Source: Octopus sinensis
Taxonomy: Eukaryota
DNA: 44,326 nt
Direction: 5' to 3'
Assembly: GCF_006345805.1 (NCBI RefSeq)
Contig: NW_021835691.1
Location: forward strand, 1-44,326
Position 1 is the first letter of the stretch. Every line of letters begins with the position of its first letter. Of the stretch, positions 1-13,099 are shown in pieces. The notes under the pieces were generated by a model. That model did no database searches, was not told where the DNA came from, and was given only the letters and a program-made list of their open reading frames with translations. The position numbers and the translations under genes are program-made.

Positions 1-100
1 GTGAGAGGTTGTATGAGGAGAGAGTCGGATAGGTGAAAATCCGCGAAGTAGAAGCAGTACTCTACTGCATGTTTGTTTTTGTTATTGGTATATATAATAG

Positions 101-236
101 GTCCTTGCCAACCACATGGTTCCAGGTTCAGTCCCACTTCGTGGTTCCACGGGCAAGTATATTCTACTATTGCCTCGGGTCGACCAAAGCCTTGTCAGTG
201 GATCTGGTAGATGCTAACTGAATGAAGCCCGTCGTA
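101..236 (+). mobile_element. SINE family B, 5' half (tRNA-like head plus CORE-like motif), ending in (TA)n
   Basis: Matches copies at 2845, 11785 and 16804: ccaaccacatggttcc-ggttcagtccc (B box), gggcaagt, ccaaagccttgtcagtggat, gaagcccgtcg. Confidence 0.8.
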
Positions 237-239
237 TAT

Positions 240-275
<36 letters not shown>

Positions 276-340
276 TTTGTACTTGTTTCAGTCATTTGAC
301 TGCGGCCATGCTGGAGCACATATATATATATATATGTATT

Positions 341-401
341 TATACATACATACATACATACATACATACATACATACATACATACATACATACATACATA
401 C
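341..401. repeat. (TACA)n microsatellite
   Basis: Perfect tetranucleotide array seen directly. Confidence 0.95.
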
Positions 402-415
402 GTGTGTGCGTGCAG

Positions 416-648
416 TATTTCTTTACTACCCACAAGGGCCTACACGAAGAAAGGACAGACAAGAACAGTCAAACGGATTAAGTCGATCATATCGACCCCA
501 GTGAGTAACTGGTACTTAGTTTATCGACCCCGAAACGATGAAAGGCAAAGTCGATCTCGGTGGAATTTGAACTCAGAACGTAACGGCAGACGAAATACGG
601 CTACGCATTTCGCCCGGCGTGCTAACGATTTTGCCAGCTCGCCGCCTT
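416..648 (-). mobile_element. SINE family A, full length, tail type A1
   Basis: Reverse complement reads aaggcggcgagctggcaaaatcgttagc (A-box-like), gagttcaaattcc (B box), body, and tail ending gtgggtagtaaagaaata. Many near-identical copies in the window. Confidence 0.9.
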
Positions 649-976
649 ACAGGAAGAAATAGATTCAGAGAGGCAGAGAGAGACACAGAGAGAGACACAG
701 AGAGAGACAGAGAGAGAGAGAGGTGGGGAGAGATATCATAGTACGATTAATAAATTTGCGATTGTAACAATCTGGATGGCAATCATCGCATTAAGCCGTA
801 GTTATGGTAACTGCGGTGACGCACAGACAGAGGCCGACTGACTGATTGTCAGCTGGAGGATCGTCGACTGGAATCGTTAAAGAAATCTAGAATGGCAATA
901 AAATAGCTCGTAGGATTGCAAAACTTATCCCTCAGTGGATACCATCACGGGCGCAAACAGACAGACGAATGAAATC

Positions 977-1167
977 AGAATCGTTAGCACGGTGACTGGC
1001 ATTTCGTTCGTTCTGACGTTCTGACGTTCAAATTCCGCTGAGGTAGATTTTGCCTTTCATCCTTTTGGGGTCGATAAATTAAGTACCAGTGAAACACTAG
1101 GGTCGATGTAATGGACGAGTCCCCTTCCCCGATATTTCAGACCTTGTCCCTTTAGCAGAAAGGATTA

Positions 1168-1170
<3 letters not shown>
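977..1170 (+). mobile_element. SINE family A, tail type A2, ending in (ATT)n
   Basis: cagaatcgttagcac, gttcaaattccg, ctttcatccttttggggtcgataaattaagtaccag, then tail gaccttgtccctttagcagaaagg(att)n. Confidence 0.85.
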
Positions 1171-1216
<46 letters not shown>

Positions 1217-1271
1217 TGTTGTTGTTGCTGTTGTTGTTGCTGTTGTTGTTGTTGCTGCTGCTGCTGTTGTT

Positions 1272-1410
1272 AAGGCAGCGGGCAAAATGCTTAGCTGTAT
1301 TTCACACGTGTTTATGTTCTGCGTTCAAATCCGCCAGCAGTCGACTTTACTTTTCATTATTTCTATAAAATGAGCACCAGTCGAGTAATGGAGTTGAAGT
1401 AGTTCGCTGC
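1272..1410 (+). mobile_element. Degenerate SINE family A
   Basis: aaggcagcgggcaaaatgcttagctgtatttc and gttcaaatccgcc-agtcgactttac align to the family A body. Confidence 0.65.
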
Positions 1411-1767
1411 CTCCTCCTCCCGTCAAAAACTGCTGACAGTGTGCCATAACATCAAGCCATTATTTATTGTATATTAGGTTATCATTTCAAGCAGATCAAC
1501 CTATCACAGAAGACGGTCAAACAATTTGCTTGGAAATGAAAAGATTAGATAAAGAATTAATTTAGAAATTACGCCCTATTAAAATTTAATAAACCATTGG
1601 AACTTTACTGCGGTACTTCGAAATACTAGATATAACAGCCATATCTCCCTAAAACCACAGTTAACTTGAATCTCGGGTAACTGTTCCTTAACAATTTTAA
1701 GGCTACAAATGAAAAGCAACGTTCAATCTCTAACCGACCATAACAATCAACATTCCAGATATACTCT

Positions 1768-2604
1768 GTTCTACTCTAGGCACAAGGTCAGAAATTTTGT
1801 GGTAGGAAGGGCCAGTCGATTAGATCAAGCCCAGTACACAAATATAAGTAGCTCAATAACAATTTATTAAGCAACAACTACTTCCAAAACATCGAAAAAG
1901 ATGAAAGGTAAAGTCGACCCCGTGAGAATTTGAACTCAGAACTTTACGGCAGACGAAATACCTATTTCTTTACTACCCACAAGGGTCTAAACACAGAGAG
2001 GGGACAAACAAGGACAGACAAACGGATTAAGTCGATTATATCGACATCAGTTCGTAACTAGTACTTATTTAATCGACCCCAAAAGGATGAAAGGCAAAGT
2101 CGACCTCGGCGGAATTTGAACTCAGAACGTAGCGGCAGACGAAATACCTATTTCTTTATTACCCACAAGGGGCCAAACACAGAGGGGACAAACAAGGACA
2201 GACATAGGTATTAAGTCGATTACATCGACCCCAGTGCGTAACTGGTACTCAATTTATCGACCCCGAAAGGATGAAAGGCAAAGTCAACCTTGGCGGAATT
2301 TGAACTCAGAATGTAACGGCAGACGAAATACCGCTAAGCATTTCGTCCGACGTGCTAACGTTTCTGCCAGCTCGCCGCTTTATATTCTTTTCTATTCTAG
2401 GCACAATCCTCAAAATTTTTTTGGGGGGAGGGGGGCAACCGATTGGATCGAAACCAGTACGTAACTGGTACTTAATGTATCGCCCCCAAAAACGATGAAA
2501 GGCGGAGTCGACCTCGGCGGAATTTGAACTCAGAACATAAAGACAGACGAATACCGGTAAGCATTCCGCCCAGCATGCTAGCGTTTCTGCCAGCTCACTG
2601 CCTT
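1768..2604 (-). mobile_element. Stack of about five SINE family A units (A2 tail remnant, three head-to-tail units, one full A2 monomer)
   Basis: Body motif gatgaaaggcaaagtcgacctcggcggaatttgaactcagaac recurs at about 1900, 2087, 2270 and 2495. Heads at 2360-2380 and 2585-2604. Confidence 0.9.
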
Positions 2605-2844
2605 AACCTTCCAGTTATATTCTTGCTCTAATGTAGAGTGCACTTCTTTTTCGGTTATATGAGCATAGGTCAGTTGGGCGGGGGGTGCTGAGAGCTGACT
2701 CTGTATATACACTTATTTCTTTACAGTGAGAAATTATTTTCATGACAAAATACAGTGAATGGCATTTTTTACCCGTTCAAATATATATTTGAAGTGGAAA
2801 CATGTTTGTATTTATAGAAATCACTGCTTAGTATTGTCGCCGGC

Positions 2845-3184
2845 TGTGTAGCAAGAAGCTTGCTTCCCAACCACATGGTTCTGGGTTCAATCCCAATGTG
2901 TGGTACCTTGGGCAAGTGTTTTCTACTGTAGCCTCGTGCCGACCAAAGCCTTGTGAGTGGATTTGGTAAACGGAAACAGAAAGAAGTACCTCATATGTAT
3001 ATATCTGTATGCGTGTGTGTGTACGTGTGCGCGTGTGTGTGTATGTGTGTCATTGTTTGTACCACCACCATCGCTTGACAACCGATGTTGGTGTGTTTAC
3101 GTCCCCGTAACTTAGCGGTTCTGCAAAAATGACCGATAGAATAAGTCCTGCGATCGATTTGTTCGACTGAAGGCGGTGCTCCAG
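2845..3184 (+). mobile_element. SINE family B, near full length, internal (TG)n
   Basis: Head, gtaccttgggcaagt, microsatellite, then tail catcgcttgacaaccgatgttggtgtgtttacgtccccgtaacttagcggtt...aaggcggtgctccag. Confidence 0.85.
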
Positions 3185-3535
3185 AATAAAGAATTACAGT
3201 TTTATATATAAAACTCTGTAATTCTTTATTCTGTTGCAGTTTTAATGCTGCGGTCAGGCTGGGGCACCACCGTTATATATATCTGCAATAATTATAATGA
3301 TAGACAATATGGAGACTGTTTATTTTCCGGTTTGTCATACAAAATATTTTTATATTTATGACGACCTACACGTCTTCCGCTACACAGAGCCTGAACTGTT
3401 GCATGTGGAGCCAAGAATAAATTTATGTGCAGTTTCATTTCAACTAGCTTGTGTGTATGTATGTATGTGTGTATGTATGTATGTGTGTATGTATGTATGT
3501 ATGTATGTATGTATGTATGTATGTATGTATGTATG

Positions 3536-3852
3536 CAGAGTGGAGGATAGAATGGAGGATAGAATGTATGCAGAATGGAGGATAGAAGGATTCCTAAGCA
3601 GGTGCTCTATGGAGAACTTGTGAATGGAAGGAGGCTCCGGCAGAAACCAAGGCTACGATTTAAGGACTGTGTCAAGTCCTCGTTAAAGGCCTTTGCTATG
3701 CAGGACACTGAACGGGAAAACAATGCCTGTCATCGCCACAGATGGAGGAAGCAGGTTAAGGAGGGGACCGACACTTTTGAGAGAGCACGTATCCTGCATG
3801 AAGAACTTAAGCGAGCTGCGCGAAAGCGCACGACTCGTATAGTGAATGGGGG
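3536..3852 (+). mobile_element. RTE-clade LINE, 3' ORF fragment
   Basis: Peptide MEDRRIPKQVLYGELVNGRRLRQKPRLRFKDCVKSSLK...HRWRKQVKEG...FE...KRAARK matches the characteristic post-RT C-terminus of RTE/BovB-like elements (recognised, not searched). Confidence 0.85.
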
Positions 3853-4144
3853 ATGTATGTATGTATGTATGTGCAGATTTGTATGTTTTATGCATGTATT
3901 CCCATGTATATAGTTTCATATCTAGACATGCTCATATATATTTAGATGATAAACTTCTGGATTGGATGTGCGGTCTTCGAATTAGCTTTCTCCTTTCTGG
4001 TTTTGAGAAGCCTAATTTCTCAAGATTGGTATTTAGTCAGTGTGTTACATATCCCAATGTATGTATGTATGTATGTATGTATGTATGTATGTATGTATGT
4101 ATGTATGTATGTATGTATGTATGTATGTATATATGTATGCATGC

Positions 4145-4176
<32 letters not shown>

Positions 4177-4399
4177 TTACAGAGTGTCCTTAAATTGCCT
4201 TGACAATTTGAAAAGTTCATGAGGAAAATAAGGATAAGTCCGCAGAAGTTATTTGAAAAGGGACAAATAAAGTTCTATTTGAAAGATCAGAACACTTCTG
4301 CGAGGGCTCTTCTAATTGCATACAACACATCTAGACTAGCTTAATCTTAACAGCCACGATAAATTATGAAAGTCGTAAAGATAACATATAGACACCCTG

Positions 4400-4652
4400 T
4401 ATATATGCATATGTGTGTGTATATGTGCATGTAAGTATGTATATATATATATATATACATAATATATATATATATATTATTTCTTTATATATATACACAC
4501 ACACAGACACCCACAAACATTCATGCGTATGTATGCATGTATGATTGTATATGCGTGTGCGTATACACATATACAAACACGCATATTATATATAGTTATA
4601 TATATATACATATATATATGTATATACATATATATGTATATATACATGTATG

Positions 4653-4690
<38 letters not shown>

Positions 4691-4975
4691 CATATATACA
4701 TACATACCTACATATATTAATATATAGGTATAAGCATGTATATATATATATTGTGTGTGTGTGTGACTATATGTGTGTGTTCGTAGTAGACATATAAATA
4801 TGCATGCATAGAGAAACGTGTATTTGTGTGTATATGTGTGTGTACGTTTGTGTGTTTGTATGTGTGTGTGAGTTTGCGTGCGTGTGATTGTGGGTGTGTA
4901 CGCTGAACATGTTTATTTATCAGTGTGTGTGAGAGTCTGTGTCTGTGTGTCTGTGTGTCTGAGTCTGTGTATGCA

Positions 4976-5022
<47 letters not shown>

Positions 5023-5070
5023 TGTATGTGTGTGTGTGTGTGTGCGTGCATGTCAGTGTGTGTGTGTTTT
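4400..5070. repeat. Compound (TA)/(TG)/(TACA) low-complexity tract
   Basis: Seen directly. Confidence 0.9.
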
Positions 5071-5380
5071 GAATCTTTCAGTAGCGGAATCCTCAGCTGT
5101 GAAATTCTGTGAAACTAGAGATGATGGATGATAAGCAGTTGTCTGTGATTTCTCTGCAAAATTTACACATTTTATCGCCAACCCTAACGTGCCATCTTCA
5201 AAAACTTTCACAACAATTTTTTTTTCTTTTCAAAATAAATCATCTCACAAAACCGATTAACACATCAAAACAACCAGGAAATTCTTTCAGTTTAAAATAT
5301 CAAGCGTTGCACTACAAGCGTCAATTGATTTTAGTACTTTTGTGATTGTTCACGATTATCACCTTTTTTTCGAAATAATT

Positions 5381-6240
5381 CATTTATACATACATGCATA
5401 CATTCACACATGCATGCATACATTCACACATACATACATACATTTACACATACATACATACATTCACACATACATACATACATTCACACATGCATACATA
5501 CATTCACACATACATACATACATTTACACATGCATACATACATTCACACATGCATACATACATTCACACATGCATACATACATTCACACATACATACATA
5601 CATTTACACATGCATACATACATTCACACATACATGCATACATTCACACATGCATACATACATTCACACATGCATACATACATTCACACATACATACATA
5701 CATTTACACATACATACATACATTCACACATACATGCATACATTCACACATGCATACATACATTCACACATGCATACATACATTCACACATACATACATA
5801 CATTTACACATGCATACATACATTCACACATACATGCATACATTCACACATACATGCATACATTCACACATGCATACATACATTCACACATGCATACATA
5901 CATTCACACATACATACATACATTTACACATACATACATACATTCACACATACATACATACATTCACACATGCATACATACATTCACACATACATACATA
6001 CATTTACACATACATACATACATTCACACATACATACATACATTCACACATGCATACATACATTCACACATGCATACATACATTCACACATACATACATA
6101 CATTTACACATACATACATACATTCACACATACATACATACATTCACACATACATACATACATTCACACATGCATACATACATTCACACATACATACATA
6201 CATTCACACATACGTACATACATGCATACATTCACACATA
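5381..6240. repeat. 20-bp minisatellite, about 42 units of CATT(C/T)ACACAT(G/A)CAT(A/G)CATA
   Basis: Exact 20-bp period from 5381 to 6220 without indels. Confidence 0.97.
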
Positions 6241-6685
6241 CATACATACACATATACATACATGTATATATACAGCTATACATACTATGCATACAAACCA
6301 ACAAACGTGCATATATACATATTTCCATCTATATACATAAATGTGTAATGGTGTCTGTCTGTGTGTGTGTGTGTGTTTTGGGTTACTCTAACTCCTCCCA
6401 TACCCTGACCAACCGAGTGTAATGATTTTTGGCACATAGGTAGATCAGGTGCCCTGAATTTCAAATATGGCTGGAATTTTTCGAAAACTCGGTAATTCTA
6501 AGCTGACATCGATTTGTGTGAGCTCAGTCGGGTGTTTGAATGAAAATTCCCATAAAGAATTTACTTTTCCTGCAGCTTGGACATCTTCCTGGTGGGGCAA
6601 GAGTTTTAGTGGTGTTTATCCTAAACATGGAATACTTTGAGAATTCGGCTTTAAGATCAACACCACTAAAACGACCCTATGGCTG

Positions 6686-7110
6686 CGATATATGGGTGAC
6701 TTCTTTATACTCTGGCCTTACCAGGAAGATGTCCAAGTGCTGTTCGGTCATGTGAACTCAATAAAGCCACCCATACAGTTCACAATGGAAAAGGAAAAAG
6801 ACTATCAGCTACCATTCCTGGACGTATTAATAATACTCACGAAGTATGAATTCAGGACATCTGTATACCGCAAGCTGACCTTCACTGGACGATACCTAAA
6901 CTTTAATTCCCACTAACCATACAGTGTAAAGAGAGGGATTGCTCAGTGCCTAAAACATCGTGTAAAGAATGTACGTAGCGATCGTGATACACACCACGAA
7001 AAAATGATCAAGCTCAATAACAATCTATTAAGTAACAACTACCCCAAAAACATACTATCCACTCCAATTATGAAGAAAAGCGAGGATGAAAGCAACAAAC
7101 TGTCCGCTGT
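6686..7110 (+). mobile_element. Penelope-like element (PLE) reverse transcriptase fragment
   Basis: DFFILW...VNSIKPPIQFTMEKEKDYQLPFLDVLI...TSVYRKLTFTGRYLNFNSH*PYSVKRGIAQCLKHR is the typical PLE RT motif 6/7 and thumb signature, with an in-frame stop. Confidence 0.88.
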
Positions 7111-7345
7111 CTGTCTCTGTGCGTTGCAATAAGCGATTCAGAAATGGTGATCCACAGAAATGACATCCGTTCGTGCACGATTGCCTAATAAACAGCCCAT
7201 CGCATGCCATCATAGAAAGGTGAACATAAAACGAGGATTGTATATGGATCTTTATTTCTCTGTTTGTCTAGCTATTTATCAGTGTATTTATCAATCTACC
7301 TGCTTGTGTGTCTGAAAACACACATACATACATGCTTATATATAT

Positions 7346-7395
<50 letters not shown>

Positions 7396-7901
7396 TATAT
7401 ATATACTACATAGATATATATATAACATATATATATAAATACACACATATATATACATATATATATAAATACACACATATATATATATACATATATATAC
7501 ATATAATATACATATATACATATACACTTGCGTCAGAAATTAATTAGCACTTCTCAAATTTCTACATTAAATAGGTTAAATCAATTAACCTATGAGCTGT
7601 TCAAAACGTCTTACGCGATGAGAAAACTTAGTATGGTGTGATTCGGTCCTTGCGAGGCGCTACCTATTATCTATTAAACAAAGGAAGATTTGTCTGCATC
7701 CGCACTCCAAGTTGTTGCACTGCTATGTCAACATCATAAGGCTGTAGACTCTCAAACTGCTCTGCAAACAAAGTTACGTCATCGTTCTGCGCAACAGTGA
7801 ACTCGCAACAAAGCAATAGTTCGAGATATGGCCACTAGGTGACAGCACATACCTTGAATGAAGAGCAAATCAAGGGTGCTAATTAATTTCTGACGGTAGT
7901 G

Positions 7902-7946
<45 letters not shown>

Positions 7947-8627
7947 ATAGCAGTAGGAAAAATCAGTGGACACTACCTTCTTTTTAAATTTGTCTTTGCA
8001 CATATTTTGTTGTTAAAATAATTTTCCTGCCATCTTTCTACAATTTCTACAAATAATTGAGCTTCCTTCATCAATGCTTTCAATTAATTCCCTTGCATCT
8101 CAGCGGTTATTTTTTTTTTTTGCTTTTTATTTCCTTCTCTTTAAGCAATTTCTTTTCTTTTCTTTTTTTTTTTTTTCGCTTTGGGTATCGAATTAAAATT
8201 CCTCCTTGAACTTCGATAGGAACCCATCCTTAATCTTCTAACCAGAATTCTTGTACTAGTGAAACATTTCGCTCCTCTTCATTTCACAATTAAAATAAAA
8301 TCTCTGATATTCTGTGTTTATTTTTAGAAAATCTTTGAGGTGAAAAAGCCGATCCCGTTCGTTGCTATAATTTCCATGAATGAAGGAGATAACTCATCAA
8401 TTATCTTGTATAGAGCGAAACCTATGAACTTATGTAGCGAATCAGGTATATTCTAAAGCAATGTATAATAGACATATGGCTTTCCAGACGTCTATCTTCT
8501 CGAGTTCTGTAGTAGAAAACACTTGCTATAATAAGAAATCAATTGTTCAAGGGGCCAAGCAATGGGACTGAACCCGGAACCAAGCTTCTTACCACACATA
8601 TATTTACACACACATGTAGTCATTCCT

Positions 8628-8758
8628 ACATACATACATACATACATACATACATACATACATACATACATTCATACATACATGCATACATACATACATA
8701 CATACATACATACATACATACATACATACATACATACATACATACATACATACATACA
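8628..8758. repeat. (TACA)n microsatellite
   Basis: Seen directly. Confidence 0.95.
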
Positions 8759-9055
8759 CAGTCTAATCGACTGGACTATTGCCCCAAAATGTTGGGCCTT
8801 GTACCTAGAATAGAAAAGAATATTTCCAGTTACAAAAAGTTAAGGTTAATAAATTTCATTGTACCATATTGTCTTTACGTTTATTCCATTAACTTAAACC
8901 AAAAACTGAGTAATGGTATTACCGATAAACATTTTAAATTCAGAATTTTTTTATGTGTTACAACCTTAAATTTCTTCATTAATATCGTACTAATCAGTGA
9001 ACGTAACATTAACTTTTTATTTACGTAAAGAAATACTTTTACGTAACACAACTAG

Positions 9056-9228
9056 CTTTGGAGTAAAGATTGTTTGCCAACATAATATGGCAGTCCTAGC
9101 TTAGGACGAATGTTGCTGTAATTTAGTCACAGGAGACACTGTCTCCAGCTGGCTATACGACACGATCTGTGTCCTATATTCGTCCTAAACAAGGACTGCC
9201 ATGTTGGCAAACAATCTTTACTCCAAAG
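9056..9228. mobile_element. MITE-like element, 173 bp, terminal inverted repeats of about 50-55 bp
   Basis: Left ctttggagtaaagattgtttgccaacat...atggcagtcct...ttaggacgaat mirrors right attcgtcctaa...aggactgccat-gttggcaaacaatctttactccaaag. Confidence 0.8.
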
Positions 9229-10659
9229 AATTGTTGCTGAAATATCTCTCTTTGTGAGAACAAGCTTTATTTATTATATTCAGAATCGAATATGTTTCGT
9301 ATCATACAACTTTGAAGTCTCATTATAAGCCTGAAGTTTTGAAACCTACTTCAATTTATGGTTTGAAAATTCTAGATATGGTAATCTAAGTTTATTGGTA
9401 TTTGTTTTTGTTTTCAAGCATAAAATGTTTTCTAATTGATGAGGAAATCTATACAGATACGATGGTCAACGTATCACGTAATGTTAAGCGCCATCTGGGA
9501 GATAAATTGCAAAAGACCGCATAGAAATATTCGGAAAAATAAACTAAAGAATTATAAATGGTTCTAACCAAGCATACTTAATTTTATAAGCATTTAAAAA
9601 AAGTTAGCGTCAGGTAAATTCTAAGCAAACTAAAAAGCTAATGATTGGCTTTTTTTATATAAATAAGCACTTGCATCCCAACCAATAAACGCAAAAATAT
9701 TGGTAAACGTGCGTACATTGCGAAGCGCACACTCTTACAGTGTGCTGCCAAGGCGGCATTCCTTAATTTTTCTGACTAGTTAAATGAGACACTTTGTAAT
9801 AGGAGCTTTAGGGGTAACATATGAAACACGGCTGGCAAAAATATATTCATGTGTAAAGATAGACTAAAAAATAATCTTTGCCTTAATCCAGTTTCTAATT
9901 TAAACTTTCACCCCCACATTTCGAGGAATTAATCTCATTTCATTTCTCGATAAGACATTGATACCATAAGCTATTTTTATTAGTATACCATTAAGGTAAG
10001 CTGATCATGACGTAAAATTTCCAAAGATCTATTAATAACTTCAATTCCAGGAACTTTTCCAAAAGCAATAACGAAGTCCCTTACTATTTTTATGACTTCA
10101 TTGCTCCCACTATTTGACTTTTAACTGAAGTCGTCCTTCAAAGACTCTAATCTATTGATCTAAATCGAACCTGACTTTAATGGAAATATATAATGGTCCT
10201 AATGCTGAATTGTATCAAAGAACTCAATTGTTTAAGAAACCAGAAAGATTCTTTCATGAAAACCCCTCCAGATACGTTTGGCTTTTGAACGAAATATGTT
10301 CCATGGTGTTTGAAATTCTGTTGTCGATTTTTGCTCACTTTAGTACTAAGAAAATCTCAAGAGAGCTGAAAACAAAAAGTTTTCTGGAAAGAACCCCACG
10401 CCACTCTATTCAGACAGGTATTTCAGCTCTTAACTTCTTCCAGTCTAAGTGGCCCGGACCACATCCGGGTCATGACTTCTAAGTGCGCTTCTGCAGACAC
10501 TTTTCAACCACATGGCTATCGGAGACTTGTGCATTTAAACCTCTCAACTTTCAAACCTTATACGAAGAAATAACGTTGGTTGTCATGGTAGCGGTCAACA
10601 TCATCAAAATGACTCACTCAGAGTCACTTCCCTTAACGTTAAAATACAAAAATATTGCC

Positions 10660-10775
10660 TTCAACTCTAGGCACAAGGCCCAAAATTTTTGGGGAAGTGG
10701 CCAGTTGATTACATCAACACCAGTACGCAACTGGTACTTAATTTAAAGAATGAAAGGCGAACTTAACCTCCGAAA
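10660..10775 (-). mobile_element. SINE family A fragment, A2 tail
   Basis: ctctaggcacaaggcccaaaattttt...ccagtacgcaactggtactta. Confidence 0.75.
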
Positions 10776-11007
10776 ATATTTTAAATGTTGCCTTCAATGT
10801 AATAGAGATCCAATTGTATAATTGGATTTATTTCAGAAGGATACAAATTTTCAGAATTGTTACGCTTTTTCAGGTATGCTTCAAAACTCGCAATTACGTA
10901 TTTGTTGAAAAGTTGATAGAAGTAGTAAAATTCGTAAAATCTTACAATAAGAGCACAATTTTAGAGATCTTCTAAGCGAGTGTTTGTATAGATAGAAAAA
11001 AAGAAAG

Positions 11008-11035
11008 ATAGATAGATAGATAGATATATATATAT

Positions 11036-11110
<75 letters not shown>

Positions 11111-11118
11111 TATAAGTG

Positions 11119-11188
<70 letters not shown>

Positions 11189-11190
11189 CA
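11008..11190. repeat. (GATA)n microsatellite
   Basis: Seen directly. Confidence 0.95.
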
Positions 11191-11449
11191 TGTACATATA
11201 CAAAGATATATATATATATGTGTGTGTGTGTGTGTATGTGTGCGCGCGCATATATACATATATTCACACACAGATATATGTGTGTGTATCTATTTATCTA
11301 TGCATGCATACATTCATATATATATATATATGTGTATATAAAAATATATATATATGTATATACAAATATACATATATATATATATATATATATAATACGC
11401 ACACAATGCATGCACACGAATATATATATATATACATTACGCTTTTACA

Positions 11450-11695
11450 CTTTTACTTATTTCAGTCATCATGATTACGTCCATGCTGGAGCACCGCCTT
11501 TAGTCGAAAAAATCGATCCCAGAACTTATTCCTTGCCAAACCGCTAAGTTACGGGGACGTAAACACACCAACATCGGTATCCAGTGATGGTAGTGGTGGG
11601 CAAACACTGATACACAAATATATATATATATAGAATATAATATATATATATATAATATATAATATATTACATATACATATATACTATATATATAT

Positions 11696-11773
<78 letters not shown>

Positions 11774-11942
11774 CATTTATATATACGGGCTTCTTTCAGT
11801 TTCCGTGAGCCAAATCCACTCACAAGGCTTTGGGGTCGACTCGAGACTATAGTAGAAGACATTTGCCCAAGATACGTAGCAGGGGAGAAGCCGGAACCCT
11901 GTGGTTAAGAAGCAGGCTTCTTACCACACAGTCACCCCTGCG

Positions 11943-11943
<1 letters not shown>
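11450..11943 (-). mobile_element. SINE family B, full length, internal (TA)n of about 170 bp
   Basis: Tail at 11450-11615, (TA)-rich tract, head at 11785-11943 (reverse complement of gcaggggtgactgtgtggtaagaagcc). Confidence 0.85.
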
Positions 11944-11988
<45 letters not shown>

Positions 11989-12751
11989 GGGGGGCGCGTC
12001 CTAATTGATCTTTGTTTTTATTTATCCAGCAGAACTCTTAATATTTTAAACAATCGATTATATTATTCATCTGTTGTTCTTGTTGTTCTTTTTCGTTATG
12101 TTATTTTATCCTTTGATTGATTTCTATTTGTTTTTGTTTTGTTTTATTACTTTTTTTTTGTTAGAACACCCATTGTTTCTGATTCAGTAGACTTACAATA
12201 AAAGCATTCTGCTCCTGACCATCACATCGTATTTTCCTACAAAATTATAATTTTGACTACATTGTTGCAAAAATCCTATTTTTTTATATTGTTTTTTTTT
12301 TTTTAAGAAGCCATAGTGTAATTTGAGGATATCACGTTTACTATTTCCCAGTAAACTGGGCATCCACATAGAGTGCACTTTAGTAGTAGGTGGTAAAATG
12401 AAATCTAAGATTTGTAAACCCGAAAGCTTAAGGAAGATTTTCTTATGTAAACAATTGTACTTCTGTTATCAAGTCACGCACACACAGACAAATACAGACA
12501 CACATACACACACACACGCACACATACGCGCACACGCACACATACGCGCACACGCACATATAACTTTATATTTACAAACATATCCAACCATGTCTATTTC
12601 GATTCCTGCCACGGTATACATACATACATAATACTTATACATACATATATACATACAGGTAGATACGCACATACATACATACATACATACATATATGTAT
12701 ATATGTGTGTGTGCATGTTTATGTATGCCTGTATAATACATAGATACATGT

Positions 12752-12788
<37 letters not shown>

Positions 12789-12833
12789 TATATATAATTA
12801 TATATAGAGAGAGAGAGAGAGAGAGATAGATAG

Positions 12834-12878
<45 letters not shown>

Positions 12879-13099
12879 GGACACTACACACATCACACAC
12901 ACACACCACACACACACACGCATATATATATATTATATTATATATATATATATATATATAATATATATATACAGACACACAAGAGTCAGCTTGTGCTGTT
13001 ATCTATTATCTATAAAAGCTTTTTTGAACACCGATACTTGAAGCTGCCTCTTCTTACTAGAAAACTCTTATGAATGTCTGACGTTAATTGGCGACCTAC

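Noticed and set aside
5342-6422. Three overlapping ORFs of 312-342 aa rich in His/Thr/Tyr/Ile
   Set aside because: They are translations of the 20-bp minisatellite, whose plus strand cannot form stops. No coding signature.
6400-6580. Possible DNA-transposon subterminal sequence (also 10100-10600)
   Set aside because: No TIR pair or transposase peptide could be identified by eye.
8020-8510. Possible ancient LINE remnant on the minus strand
   Set aside because: Many stops and no diagnostic motif that I can name.
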